A DNA stretch of 64,000 nt, from NCBI GenBank assembly GCA_052267165.1, contig JBKQHO010000007.1, forward strand, positions 50,180 through 114,179, read 5' to 3'. Positions 26,586 through 36,501 of the stretch are shown piece by piece; the stretch's first letter is position 1; each line of letters opens with the position of its first letter. Origin of the DNA: Vulcanimicrobiaceae bacterium. GTDB taxonomy: Bacteria > Vulcanimicrobiota > Vulcanimicrobiia > Vulcanimicrobiales > Vulcanimicrobiaceae. Made by a program: the position numbers and the translations under genes. The notes beneath the pieces were generated by a model. The model was given only the letters and a program-made list of their open reading frames with translations. It did not search any database and had not been told where the DNA came from.

Positions 26586-27628
26586 TATGCGACCGCGGCC
26601 GAGCCTGAGGTCAGTTCGGGGGCGGCGCCGCCGTGCTCTTCGACCCAGTGGCACGCGGCGACGTGATGGTTCGAGCCGTACGTCAGCGAGGCGGGCACCT
26701 CGGTTCTGCAGCGGTCGAACGCGAGCGGACAGCGCGTGTGAAAGCGGCAGCCCGAGGGCGGGTTGACCGGCGAGGGAACGTCGCCCGTCAAAATGATCCG
26801 CTTGCGGCGCGCCTCGACCGAGGGGTCGGGGATCGGGATCGCCGAGAGCAGCGCCTGCGTGTACGGGTGCAGCGGGTTCTCGTAGAGCTCGTTGCGATCG
26901 GCGATCTCCACGATCTTGCCGACGTACATCACCGCCACCCGGGTCGAGATGTGGCGCACGACCGACAGGTCGTGCGCGATGAAGAGGTACGTCAGCCCGA
27001 ACTGCGACTGGAGATCTTGCAGCAGGTTGATGACCTGCGCTTGAATCGAGACGTCGAGGGCCGAGACCGGCTCGTCGGCGACGATGAACTTGGGGCTGAC
27101 CGCGAGCGCGCGCGCGATCCCGATGCGCTGACGCTGGCCGCCCGAAAACTCGTGCGGGTAGCGGTTGGCGTGGTATGGCTGCAGGCCGACGAGGCGCAAC
27201 AGCTCCCGCACGCGCGCCTCGGCCTCTTTCCCCTTGGCGAGCCCGTGGATGAGCAGCGGCTCGGCGACGATATCGCCCACGGTCATGCGCGGATTGAGCG
27301 ACGCGTAGGGATCTTGAAAGATGATTTGCATCTCCTTGCGGAGCTTGCGCACCTCTTCACGGCCGAGTTCCCCGACGTTGCGCCCCTCGAAGAGAACCTC
27401 GCCTTTGGTCGCGGGCAAGAGCCGCAGGACGACCCGGCCGGCCGTCGTCTTGCCCGAGCCCGACTCGCCCACGAGGCCAAGCGTTTCGCCGTTGCGGATT
27501 GCGAAGTCGATCCCGTCGACCGCCTTCACGTCGCCCACGTGACGCGACAGAATCCCGGCGTGGATCGGAAAGTACTTGTAGAGGTCGCGGACCACGAGCA
27601 GCTCGCCGGCCGGTTTTCCGTCCTGCAC
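26585..27628 (-). CDS. oligopeptide/dipeptide ABC transporter ATP-binding protein (OppF/DppF type)
   Basis: Walker [10 protein letters not shown], signature FSGGQRQRI, Walker [13 protein letters not shown], and the Opp C-terminal Cys/His tail. Confidence 0.9.
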   Translation of the reverse strand: MQDGKPAGELLVVRDLYKYFPIHAGILSRHVGDVKAVDGIDFAIRNGETLGLVGESGSGKTTAGRVVLRLLPATKGEVLFEGRNVGELGREEVRKLRKEMQIIFQDPYASLNPRMTVGDIVAEPLLIHGLAKGKEAEARVRELLRLVGLQPYHANRYPHEFSGGQRQRIGIARALAVSPKFIVADEPVSALDVSIQAQVINLLQDLQSQFGLTYLFIAHDLSVVRHISTRVAVMYVGKIVEIADRNELYENPLHPYTQALLSAIPIPDPSVEARRKRIILTGDVPSPVNPPSGCRFHTRCPLAFDRCRTEVPASLTYGSNHHVAACHWVEEHGGAAPELTSGSAAVA

Positions 27629-27630
27629 GT

Positions 27631-28674
<1,044 letters not shown>

Positions 28675-28687
28675 GGCTAGTGCACCG

Positions 28688-29098
28688 TCAGATTCCCGTC
28701 AGGCTGACGAGAACCCCGAAGAACACCATCGCCAGCGCCACGAAGCTCGTGATGCGCGCCAGCTGCTGATCGAAGCCCAAGCGCGGCCGGTAGGCCGATT
28801 CGACCTTGCCGCCGATCGTTCCCGAAAGCCCTTCCTGCTTCGTCGTTTGGACCGCCAGCAGGACCACGAGCGAAACCGCCAAGATTAGGAAGATGCCGGC
28901 GAACGTGTGAGTGAGCCAGGGCGCCTTGATCGCCAGCGGCGACTTATGCGCGTTGAACGAATACTGCTGCAACTGCTGCAGCAATTGCGGCGAGAGGGTC
29001 GCAAGCGCGCTCGGCGCCGTCTTGGGAACCGCGCCCCCATGGGCCGGCGGCGCGGCCGTCGCGGCCGCAAGGAACTGGGTTGCCAAGAAGTTGGTCAC
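28688..29098 (-). CDS. secG: preprotein translocase subunit SecG, with N-terminal extension or a misplaced start
   Basis: The C-terminal ~75 aa match the SecG pattern: [20 protein letters not shown], then a second TM at the C-terminus. The first ~60 aa (from GTG 29098) are uncertain. Confidence 0.6.
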   Translation of the reverse strand: MTNFLATQFLAAATAAPPAHGGAVPKTAPSALATLSPQLLQQLQQYSFNAHKSPLAIKAPWLTHTFAGIFLILAVSLVVLLAVQTTKQEGLSGTIGGKVESAYRPRLGFDQQLARITSFVALAMVFFGVLVSLTGI

Positions 29099-29164
29099 GA
29101 TTCGGGGGTACGCACTCCTCTGGAAGCGCCGTCCCAGTCCTTCGATTCGACTGGCAAACGGCGA

Positions 29165-29186
29165 GCTCCCGGGATTTCCCGGGAGC
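29165..29186. other. GC hairpin between dxs and secG
   Basis: GCTCCCGGG-attt-CCCGGGAGC: 9-bp perfect stem, no clear U-tract. Possibly an attenuator or processing site. Confidence 0.35.
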
Positions 29187-29226
29187 CCTCTGTTTCAACC
29201 TTTTCGACGCCGCTGCAGCTTTACTT

Positions 29227-31125
29227 CTACCGTGCCGAAGCGGGGGCTGCGACCCGCACCCGGGCCGCCAGGCTCTCGCCCGCGATCCCGATGGCGGCGC
29301 GTTGCTTGGTTTGTTTGTCGTGCTGGATCAGGACGTTGGGCACGCCGATCCGCTCGGTGGTCAGTGCGATTCCCCGGTCGCTGAGAAACTCAATCACGGC
29401 CGAGCCGAAGCCGCCCGCCAGCGAGTGTTCTTCCAGCGTGATGAACTTGTGGTGCGTCTGGGCCAGCTCGACCAGCAGCGCCTCGTCGAGGGGCCGTACG
29501 AAACGCATGTTGACCACGGTCGGCAGCGGGCCGCCCTCGGCTAGCAGCAGGTCGTAGCCGTCGAGCGCGGCGTCGCAGGTGTTGCCGAGCGCGAGGATCG
29601 CGACGCCCGAGCCGCGGCGCAGCACCTCGGCGCGGGCGTGCACGATCGGCGCGGGCGCGTCGAGATGGTTGCCTTGCGAGTTGCCGCGCGGATAGCGCAG
29701 CGCGACCGGCGTGCCGAGCGAGAGCGCGTGTTCGAGCATCGGGCCGACCTCGTCCTCGACGCGCGGCGCCATGATCGTCATGAACGGCAACGTGCGCAGG
29801 AAGGCGATGTCGTACAGGCCCATGTGCGTCGGCCCGTCGTCGCCGGCCATGCCGCCCCGGTCCATTGCGAAGACGACGGGCAAGTTCTGGATGACGACGT
29901 CGTGCACGACCTGATCGTACGCTCGCTGCATGAAGGTCGAGTAGATCGCGACGACCGGCTTGAGCCCGGCAGCCGCGGCTCCAGCCGCGAAGCAGACCGC
30001 GTGCGCTTCGGCGATGCCCACGTCGAAATAGCGCTCGGGATGCTTCTTCGCGAACTTCGAGAGCTTCGTGCCGTCGGGCATGGCGGCGGTGATGCCGATG
30101 ACCTTCTTGTCGACGTCGGCGATGCGCGTCAGCGCGTCGCCGAACGCTTCCGAGAACGTCGGGCGCGCGGTCGCTTTGAATTCGATCTTGCCGTTCTCCA
30201 GATCGAACGGCCCGCAGCCGTGGAAGGTGCGCTTGTCGAGCTCGGCCGGCTCGAAGCCCTTGCCTTTGACCGTGCGCACGTGCAGCAGCACCGGGCCCGG
30301 AATCTTTCGCGCGTTCGAGATGACATCGACGAGCGTGTCGTAGTCGTGGCCGTCGATCGGTCCCACGTAACGAAAGCCCATCTCCTCGAAGATGACCGCG
30401 GCCTTCGGCTCGCTGAGCACGAACCGCATGCCCGCTTCTTCCGCCGTCGAGAGCGCCTTGCGTGCGGTCTCGCCGAACGGGATGTGGCCCAAGATGTCCT
30501 TGGCCTTCTCGCGCGCCGCGTTGAAGAGCGGTTTGCTGCGCAACGAGCCGAGATACTTGTCGATCGCGCCGACGTTTGGCGCGATCGACATCTCGTTGTC
30601 GTTGAGGATCACGATGAAGTTGGACTTGGAGTGACCAGCGTTGTTGATCGCCTCGAACGCTAAGCCTCCCGTCAACGCGCCGTCGCCGATGATCGCCACG
30701 ACCGTCTCGCTCGTGCCTGCGAGATCGCGCGCTTGCGCCATGCCGAGTGCGGCGGAGATCGACGTCGAAGCGTGACCGGCGCCGAACACGTCGTACTCCG
30801 ACTCCGAACGCATCGCGAAGCCCGAGAGGCCGCCGCCCGTGCGGATCGTGAGAATCCGATCGTAACGCCCCGTCAACATCTTGTGGACGTAGATCTGGTG
30901 GCTGACGTCCCAAACGATCTTGTCCTTGGGGGCGTCGAGAACTTTGTGCAACGCCATCGTCAGTTCGACCACGCCCAAATTGGGCGCGAGATGTCCGCCG
31001 TTCTTCGAACACGCCTGCACGAGCGTCTCGCGGATCTCGCGTGCCAAGACGTCGATCTCGGGACGCGTGAGCCGTTTGAAGTCGCGGGGCGAGCCGACTC
31101 GCTCGATTACCATAGCGCCGTCCAT
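29227..31125 (-). CDS. dxs: 1-deoxy-D-xylulose-5-phosphate synthase
   Basis: 632 aa. GGHLAPNLGVVELT, GHASTSISAALGMA and IIGDGALTGG (TPP) motifs. Confidence 0.95.
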   Translation of the reverse strand: MDGAMVIERVGSPRDFKRLTRPEIDVLAREIRETLVQACSKNGGHLAPNLGVVELTMALHKVLDAPKDKIVWDVSHQIYVHKMLTGRYDRILTIRTGGGLSGFAMRSESEYDVFGAGHASTSISAALGMAQARDLAGTSETVVAIIGDGALTGGLAFEAINNAGHSKSNFIVILNDNEMSIAPNVGAIDKYLGSLRSKPLFNAAREKAKDILGHIPFGETARKALSTAEEAGMRFVLSEPKAAVIFEEMGFRYVGPIDGHDYDTLVDVISNARKIPGPVLLHVRTVKGKGFEPAELDKRTFHGCGPFDLENGKIEFKATARPTFSEAFGDALTRIADVDKKVIGITAAMPDGTKLSKFAKKHPERYFDVGIAEAHAVCFAAGAAAAGLKPVVAIYSTFMQRAYDQVVHDVVIQNLPVVFAMDRGGMAGDDGPTHMGLYDIAFLRTLPFMTIMAPRVEDEVGPMLEHALSLGTPVALRYPRGNSQGNHLDAPAPIVHARAEVLRRGSGVAILALGNTCDAALDGYDLLLAEGGPLPTVVNMRFVRPLDEALLVELAQTHHKFITLEEHSLAGGFGSAVIEFLSDRGIALTTERIGVPNVLIQHDKQTKQRAAIGIAGESLAARVRVAAPASAR

Positions 31126-31210
31126 TAGACGGGCGCGCCACCATGCCCCGCCCGGCGGCTCGGCCCGGCGACAAAAGGGGCACTCAACCGCCGTGCAGCA
31201 CTCCCCGCTG

Positions 31211-31861
31211 ATGCAGCCCCAGGGCGTTCATCCGCGACCGCGCCCGACAGCGCTTCGCCAGAACCGGCAACGTCGCGTCCTGACGGACTTGGCGCGCATC
31301 TTCTCGACCGTCTGCAACCCGTTTCTGACCTCGTTCGCGCTGTTCGTCGTGCTGGCGCACGTGAAAGCGCACGACTTACCGAGCTTCTGGTTTCTCCTGT
31401 TCGACAGCGCGTTCTTCACGTCGATCGGGCCGATGCTCTACGTGCTGTGGCTGTACAGCACCGACCGCATCGCGGACCTGGATATGTCGGTGCGCAGCGA
31501 GCGCGAATCGGTCTTCGGGGTCTTCGTCATCTTCTACGCGCTGGGCACGGTTGCGTTGTGGCTCGTACATGCGCCGACGCTGATCACCGCATCGATGGCC
31601 GGCTATGCGGCCGCTTCCCTCGTGACCCAGTACATCACCCGCTACTGGAAGATCTCGACGCACGCCATCGGCATCACCGCGCCGCTGGTCGTCCTCATTT
31701 ACCTGTTCGGGCCGCAGCCCTTGCCGTTTCTCGTGCTGATCCCGATCGTGGGCTGGTCGCGCATCTATCTCGGCGCGCACACGCTCCTCCAGGTCATCGC
31801 CGGGACGGTGCTCGGCGCCACCTCGGTGCTCTTGTTCTTCCGCTGCTTCCACCTGATTTAG
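31211..31861 (+). CDS. PAP2-family membrane phosphatase
   Basis: Polytopic membrane protein; KISTH and SRIYLGAHTLLQVIAG phosphatase motifs. ATG at 31211 chosen; the ORF-track start at 30920 overlaps dxs. Confidence 0.7.
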   Translation: MQPQGVHPRPRPTALRQNRQRRVLTDLARIFSTVCNPFLTSFALFVVLAHVKAHDLPSFWFLLFDSAFFTSIGPMLYVLWLYSTDRIADLDMSVRSERESVFGVFVIFYALGTVALWLVHAPTLITASMAGYAAASLVTQYITRYWKISTHAIGITAPLVVLIYLFGPQPLPFLVLIPIVGWSRIYLGAHTLLQVIAGTVLGATSVLLFFRCFHLI

Positions 31862-32045
31862 TGGACCGTCTCCGACGTAGGTACACACCAAGCGAGAGCG
31901 ATTTTTCGTCGCCGCAAGGAGCGAGCAGCAAAGAATGGCAGCGCCATTTGCCTGTCCCCGAAGCGAAGCGGAGGGGGAGCGACGAGCGACGCGGCGGCGG
32001 AAAAGCGCCGAGCGACTGCATAGCTACGTCGGAGACGGTACACTA
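31862..32045. repeat. inverted-repeat-flanked intergenic element (MITE-like or structured-RNA locus)
   Basis: 23-nt terminal inverted repeats TTAGTG(G/T)ACCGTCTCCGACGTAG with 1 mismatch (16-nt core perfect), at 31865-31880 and 32024-32041. They enclose 143 nt of purine-rich sequence with many AGCGA repeats. No ORF inside. Confidence 0.7.
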
Positions 32046-32059
32046 ACCGCCGCCAGGCT

Positions 32060-32869
32060 TCAGGCGCGCTCGGCCTGCGCCGCGCGCGCGAACGAGCCGG
32101 CCGCGATCTCGTCTTCCGCGCCGGGCGGTCCGACGAGCGCGCGCAGCGCCTCCCGGAACGGTTCGAGCGGGCCGGTCGTCACGTAACGCGTGCGGCCGCT
32201 CTCGCGCGCGTGCCCGGCGCCGCGCGACGCAACGAACGCGACGGCGCGCTCGCTCTGAGCGAGCGCCGGATCGATGCGCAGCACCTCGCTTCCGAGGACG
32301 TCGCCGAAGACCGGGTCGAGCAACGGATAGTGCGTGCAGGCCAGCACCAGCGCCTCGAGCGGCTGCGTGAAACGAGCGCAAGCCGAAGCGACCGCCGCGC
32401 GGGCGATCGGACCGGCCAGCACGCCCGCTTCCACCAGCGGGACCAGTGCGGGCGCCGCGACTTCCTCGACGACCGTCTGCGGCGCGCGGGCCCGGATCGC
32501 GTCTCCGTAGGCGCCGGAACGCGCGGTCGCCGTGGTCGCCACCACGCCGACGCAGCGCGCGCCCGAGCTCGCGACCGCGCCCGCAGCCGCCTCGATCAGG
32601 TCGAAGATCGGCACCCGGCTCGCGGGCCAGCCATAGCGCGCCGCGACCGAGCACGACGTGTTGCAGCCCATGACGACCGCATCCACGCAGGCTCGCTCGA
32701 GGAAGGCGACGTTGTCCGCGAGCAGCCGCCGGAGCTCCGAGGCCGGCCGGTCGCCGTACGGCACGTGGGCCTGATCGGCGAGATAAACAAGATTCTCGTG
32801 GGGCAGGCGCGCGCGGATCGCGCGCAACACCGTGAGCCCGCCGAGGCCTGAGTCGAAGATGCCGAGGAT
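32060..32869 (-). CDS. murI: glutamate racemase
   Basis: ...VYLADQAHVPYGDRP..., MGCNTSC and LACTHYPLL motifs. The conserved ILGIFDSGLGGLTV N-terminus lies upstream of the ORF-track GTG at 32830. The start is therefore non-canonical (ATC 32869 or ACG 32872). Confidence 0.85.
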   Translation of the reverse strand: MLGIFDSGLGGLTVLRAIRARLPHENLVYLADQAHVPYGDRPASELRRLLADNVAFLERACVDAVVMGCNTSCSVAARYGWPASRVPIFDLIEAAAGAVASSGARCVGVVATTATARSGAYGDAIRARAPQTVVEEVAAPALVPLVEAGVLAGPIARAAVASACARFTQPLEALVLACTHYPLLDPVFGDVLGSEVLRIDPALAQSERAVAFVASRGAGHARESGRTRYVTTGPLEPFREALRALVGPPGAEDEIAAGSFARAAQAERA

Positions 32870-32872
32870 CGT

Positions 32873-34960
32873 TTAGTACCCGTTGTCAGTGTCGTCGCTC
32901 GCCGAACCGAGTGCCGGCGGCCCCGGCGGCGCGTATTTGCCGACGCCGTCGGCGATCCCGGCCGCTATCTTCTGCAGGAACGCCGGCGAGCGCAGATAGG
33001 ACGCGTCGGTCGGGTTCGAGAGAAAAGCCGTTTCGACCAGAATCGCCGGCATCGTCGTGTGGTGGATGACGTAGAAGTTCGCCTTCTGAATCCCATCGTC
33101 ATTGGTCGGCAGGGTCGTGGCCAATCTTTCGTGGACCACCCGAGCGAGGCCGTAGTCCGAGCTCTTGTAGTAGTAGACCGTGGTCCCGTTGAGACTGCTC
33201 GTCGTGAAACTGTTGACGTGGACGCTGATGAAGAGCCGCGCTCCGTTGTTGTTCGCGACGTCGCAGCGAGCTTGCAGCTCGTCGTGCGCGGAGTCGTTGG
33301 GAGCGTAGACATCGACGTCGCTCTCGCGCGTCAACTTCACTTGCCAGCCCCGCGACTGCAACACGGCCTTGAGGCGCTCCGATATGTCGAGCGTCAGGTT
33401 CTTCTCGACCAGTCCGTTGTGCATAGCGCCGGTGTCGCTGCCGCCGTGGCCGGGGTCGATCACGATCAGCCGGGGATTCTGCCGGACCGACGGATTGGGC
33501 GAGAATTTCCAGGTCGAGTCGTTGACCGGCGGCGCTTGCTCGAGCGGCGGCGGCGTCGGGGTCGCGGCCGAGGCCACGAGTGCGCCGCCCGTCAGCGTCC
33601 CGCTTCCGGTTCGGGCGGCGGCCAGCTCGTCGAGCGCATCGACGTGGACGGTGATGCCGCCTTTGTCTGCGCTCACGTCGATCTGGCGCGGCGAGGGCAA
33701 GGTGAGCGCGAGCCGGACGACCGGCGCGTCCCCGGTTCCAACCTGCTTGAGGCGCAGCGAGCGGACCGCAGGGCTGTCGACGGGCTCGTCGAGCGGCGGC
33801 GTGGCGAGTTGCGCGTTCTTGAAGTCCACGTACCAGCGGTCGTCGGGCAAGCGGTGCCACTCGAAGTCGACGTCGCCCGTGATGCCGAGTTGTACGTCGA
33901 GTGCCTCGTCGACCGGGTTGGTCGTGAGCGAAACGATCTGCGCCGCCGGCGTGGCGGAGGGCGCCGGCGATTCGAGCGGCGCCGGCGACTCGAGATCGGA
34001 GGCACTGGCGCTCGGCAGCGGCGTCGGCGCCGCGGTCCGCTGGGCGACGGCGACGGGCGGTGCTACGGGTGTCGGAGCGACGGGAGGCGGCGGAGCGGCC
34101 CACGAGCGATGCACGGAGGGCGGCTTCATCGCGGCGCCGACGGCTAGCGGCGCGAGCCCGAGCGTCGCCTCGCCGGCGGCCGGAACGCGTGTTCCACCCA
34201 GGACGACGCCCGGCGGCGCAAAGGCGAACGAGATCACGCTCGGGGCGTCGCTCGGACCCAGCACGCGGACGGTCCCCGGCGCGAGGTCGAAATCGATGAC
34301 CGTGCGCGGGCTGCGGGTCGAACCGTCTAAACCGATCGAGATGTGACGCAGCACCCCTGAGCCGACGGCGCGCTCCGGGTCGAGGGTCGTAGCCGTGCCG
34401 TTGAAGGCGATCTCGAACTTGTCGTCGGCGGGGCCCGAGAGTCGCGTGAAGCGCAGCTTGGTCGCGCCGTGGAAGGTCGCGATGGTCGCGCGGCCCTCGG
34501 TGCGCACGTCGAGCCCGCCGATCTGCGGCTGCAAGACGGTCTCCTCGCCGTCGTCGACCGGCGTGACGTAGAGCGCCTTGGCCAGCGTCAGCAGCGGCAG
34601 GTAGACGGCGCTGCCCTCAGTGTACGCGGCGAACGGCGCCGTCTCGGTCGTTCCGTCGACTTCGAGGTGCGTGTCGCCGAGCGCGAACGAGATGGTGCGG
34701 TGATCGGCGCTGGTGACGACCGCGTATTTCTGACCCGGCGCGAAGGAGAGCGTCGCGCCGAGCTTCGCGAGAAAACGAATGAGCCCCGGATCGTCGCTGC
34801 CCACCGCGACGTCGCCCGCTTTCGGCTCCGGGTGCGCGAAGATCAGCTTCGTTCCCGAGAACCAGAAGCTGGGCGGCGCGAGGTCGGCGCGGGCCGGAAG
34901 GCACCAGGCGGCGAGCACGGCAAGCAGAGCGGCGAGACAGAGCACGCCGCGAGCTTTCAT
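32873..34960 (-). CDS. N-acetylmuramoyl-L-alanine amidase (Amidase_3) with N-terminal AMIN-type domains
   Basis: Signal peptide MKARGVLCLAALLAVLAAWCLPARA. A Pro/Ala-rich linker separates AMIN-like segments (WYVDFKNAQL). C-terminal IVIDPGHGGSDTGA...SVHVNSF. Confidence 0.85.
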   Translation of the reverse strand: MKARGVLCLAALLAVLAAWCLPARADLAPPSFWFSGTKLIFAHPEPKAGDVAVGSDDPGLIRFLAKLGATLSFAPGQKYAVVTSADHRTISFALGDTHLEVDGTTETAPFAAYTEGSAVYLPLLTLAKALYVTPVDDGEETVLQPQIGGLDVRTEGRATIATFHGATKLRFTRLSGPADDKFEIAFNGTATTLDPERAVGSGVLRHISIGLDGSTRSPRTVIDFDLAPGTVRVLGPSDAPSVISFAFAPPGVVLGGTRVPAAGEATLGLAPLAVGAAMKPPSVHRSWAAPPPPVAPTPVAPPVAVAQRTAAPTPLPSASASDLESPAPLESPAPSATPAAQIVSLTTNPVDEALDVQLGITGDVDFEWHRLPDDRWYVDFKNAQLATPPLDEPVDSPAVRSLRLKQVGTGDAPVVRLALTLPSPRQIDVSADKGGITVHVDALDELAAARTGSGTLTGGALVASAATPTPPPLEQAPPVNDSTWKFSPNPSVRQNPRLIVIDPGHGGSDTGAMHNGLVEKNLTLDISERLKAVLQSRGWQVKLTRESDVDVYAPNDSAHDELQARCDVANNNGARLFISVHVNSFTTSSLNGTTVYYYKSSDYGLARVVHERLATTLPTNDDGIQKANFYVIHHTTMPAILVETAFLSNPTDASYLRSPAFLQKIAAGIADGVGKYAPPGPPALGSASDDTDNGY

Positions 34961-34961
34961 G

Positions 34962-35462
34962 TTACCAGCTCTGGCGCGTGAGCGGCTCATCAAGCTCAAG
35001 GTGACCTCCCGGAAGGGTTGGGACGCGTCCGCCGTCGACGGTGACTTGAACCGACGAGATGCCCGGCAACGCCGTCATCGTCCACACCAGCGACTTGAAC
35101 TCGCCGTCTTCGGCGAAGCTTCCGCCGCTGGGTTGGGTGATGTTGCCGCCGAGGTCGATCGTCGCCGTCGAGCCTGAAACGTCGACGGCGCGGGCGATCG
35201 TTCCGGTTGGGAAACGGATCGCATCCGTCCCGGATGGCGGCCCCGCGATCGCCTGCGTCGCTGCGTAGAATGCGACGCTCTTACGGTCGCGGGGCGCGCC
35301 AAGCGAGACCTGCCACGGCACGAGCGTCGTGCCGTCGGTCTTGCAATAGTAAACGGTGATCGTGCTCCCGGCGACGTTGCTCTGCCGATGGACGAAATAT
35401 CGGTATCCGGCGAGTGCGGCAACGAAAAGGAGCGCGGCTAAGGCGAGGGCGCGCAACCTCAT
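34962..35462 (-). CDS. GerMN-domain protein
   Basis: 166 aa. N-terminal anchor, then ITVYYCKTDG...LVPWQV...AIRFPTGT...SVQVTVDG, typical of GerM/LpqB GerMN domains. Confidence 0.65.
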   Translation of the reverse strand: MRLRALALAALLFVAALAGYRYFVHRQSNVAGSTITVYYCKTDGTTLVPWQVSLGAPRDRKSVAFYAATQAIAGPPSGTDAIRFPTGTIARAVDVSGSTATIDLGGNITQPSGGSFAEDGEFKSLVWTMTALPGISSVQVTVDGGRVPTLPGGHLELDEPLTRQSW

Positions 35463-35509
35463 TGGGGCTCATCCTTCGTCGCACGCCGGACGAACCCCCG
35501 CGTTTACTG

Positions 35510-36055
35510 CTAGGCTTTCGCCGCCTTTGCGGCTGCGGCCAAGGTTGCGTCGTAATCCGGTTCTTCGGCGACCTCCGGAACGACGTGCGCGTACGCGAGC
35601 GTCATGTCTTTCCCGATCACGAACTCCGAGCGCGCCAACAGCCCGAGCTCTTTGATGAGGACTCCGTACGAAGCGCCGAAATCGTGCTCGCGATACGCCG
35701 AGAGAAACACGAGGCCTTCGACGCCGTGCTCGGCCGCCCAGCGCGCTTGAGCGAATGGGAGATCGAGGCTGACGACGGCGGCGACCACGCCCGCCGGCAA
35801 TTCGCCCAGGCGGCGGTAGAACGTGTCGGTTTCCTTCGAGCAGACGCCGGTGTCGAGCGACGGGACGACGATCAGCAGCACGGCGCGCTTGCCGCCGTCG
35901 GTCGCCGTCTCCAGCGTGTAGGGCTCGAGGCTCGTCGTCGAGAGGGTGAACGCCGGTGCCGGATCGCCGGCGCGCAGCTCGGACCCGACCAGGGTCATCG
36001 GGCTGCCGCGGAACGTGACCGCGGCGGCCCGCTCGGGGATCGATTGAGTTGCCAT
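35510..36055 (-). CDS. tpx: thiol peroxidase (atypical 2-Cys peroxiredoxin)
   Basis: VVPSLDTGVCSKE peroxidatic Cys motif; length 181 aa. Confidence 0.9.
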   Translation of the reverse strand: MATQSIPERAAAVTFRGSPMTLVGSELRAGDPAPAFTLSTTSLEPYTLETATDGGKRAVLLIVVPSLDTGVCSKETDTFYRRLGELPAGVVAAVVSLDLPFAQARWAAEHGVEGLVFLSAYREHDFGASYGVLIKELGLLARSEFVIGKDMTLAYAHVVPEVAEEPDYDATLAAAAKAAKA

Positions 36056-36088
36056 CCCGTACCTTTCGCTTGAAATTATTGCAGGTAG

Positions 36089-36331
36089 CTATTGCAGGTA
36101 GCGCTCGACGGTCTCCGCCGGGCGCAGCTTGGCGGAATCCGGATCCTGTCCGAACTCCTCGCGCGCGCGACGTTGCCGGAGCAAGTCGTAATAGCGGTCC
36201 AGTTGAACCTGGACCTCCTCCAAGCGCTTCTGTTCTTCCTGGGCGAGCAACTTCGTCTCGAGCGCTTCGAGCAGGCGCTGCTCCTCGGCGACGAGCGCTT
36301 CGATGTGGCCTTGGATGTCGCGGTCGTTCAT
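36089..36331 (-). CDS. DUF2630-family small protein
   Basis: MNDRDIQGHIEALVAEEQRLLE...LLRQRRAREEFGQDPD matches my memory of the DUF2630 pattern. Confidence 0.55.
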   Translation of the reverse strand: MNDRDIQGHIEALVAEEQRLLEALETKLLAQEEQKRLEEVQVQLDRYYDLLRQRRAREEFGQDPDSAKLRPAETVERYLQ

Positions 36332-36501
36332 GCGGTCCGCTTCGCCCAAGCCGGGGCGCGCTACTGCGGCTCGAGCGGCCCCTCGACGGGCGACGAGCCG
36401 CGCGTTTGATTACAGGCCGATGGCTTGTGATCCGGCGCGAACGCCCTCGCGCCATGTCGCCTTCCGAGTTCTACCTCGGGCAAGCGTTCCCGTCCGCCCT
36501 G

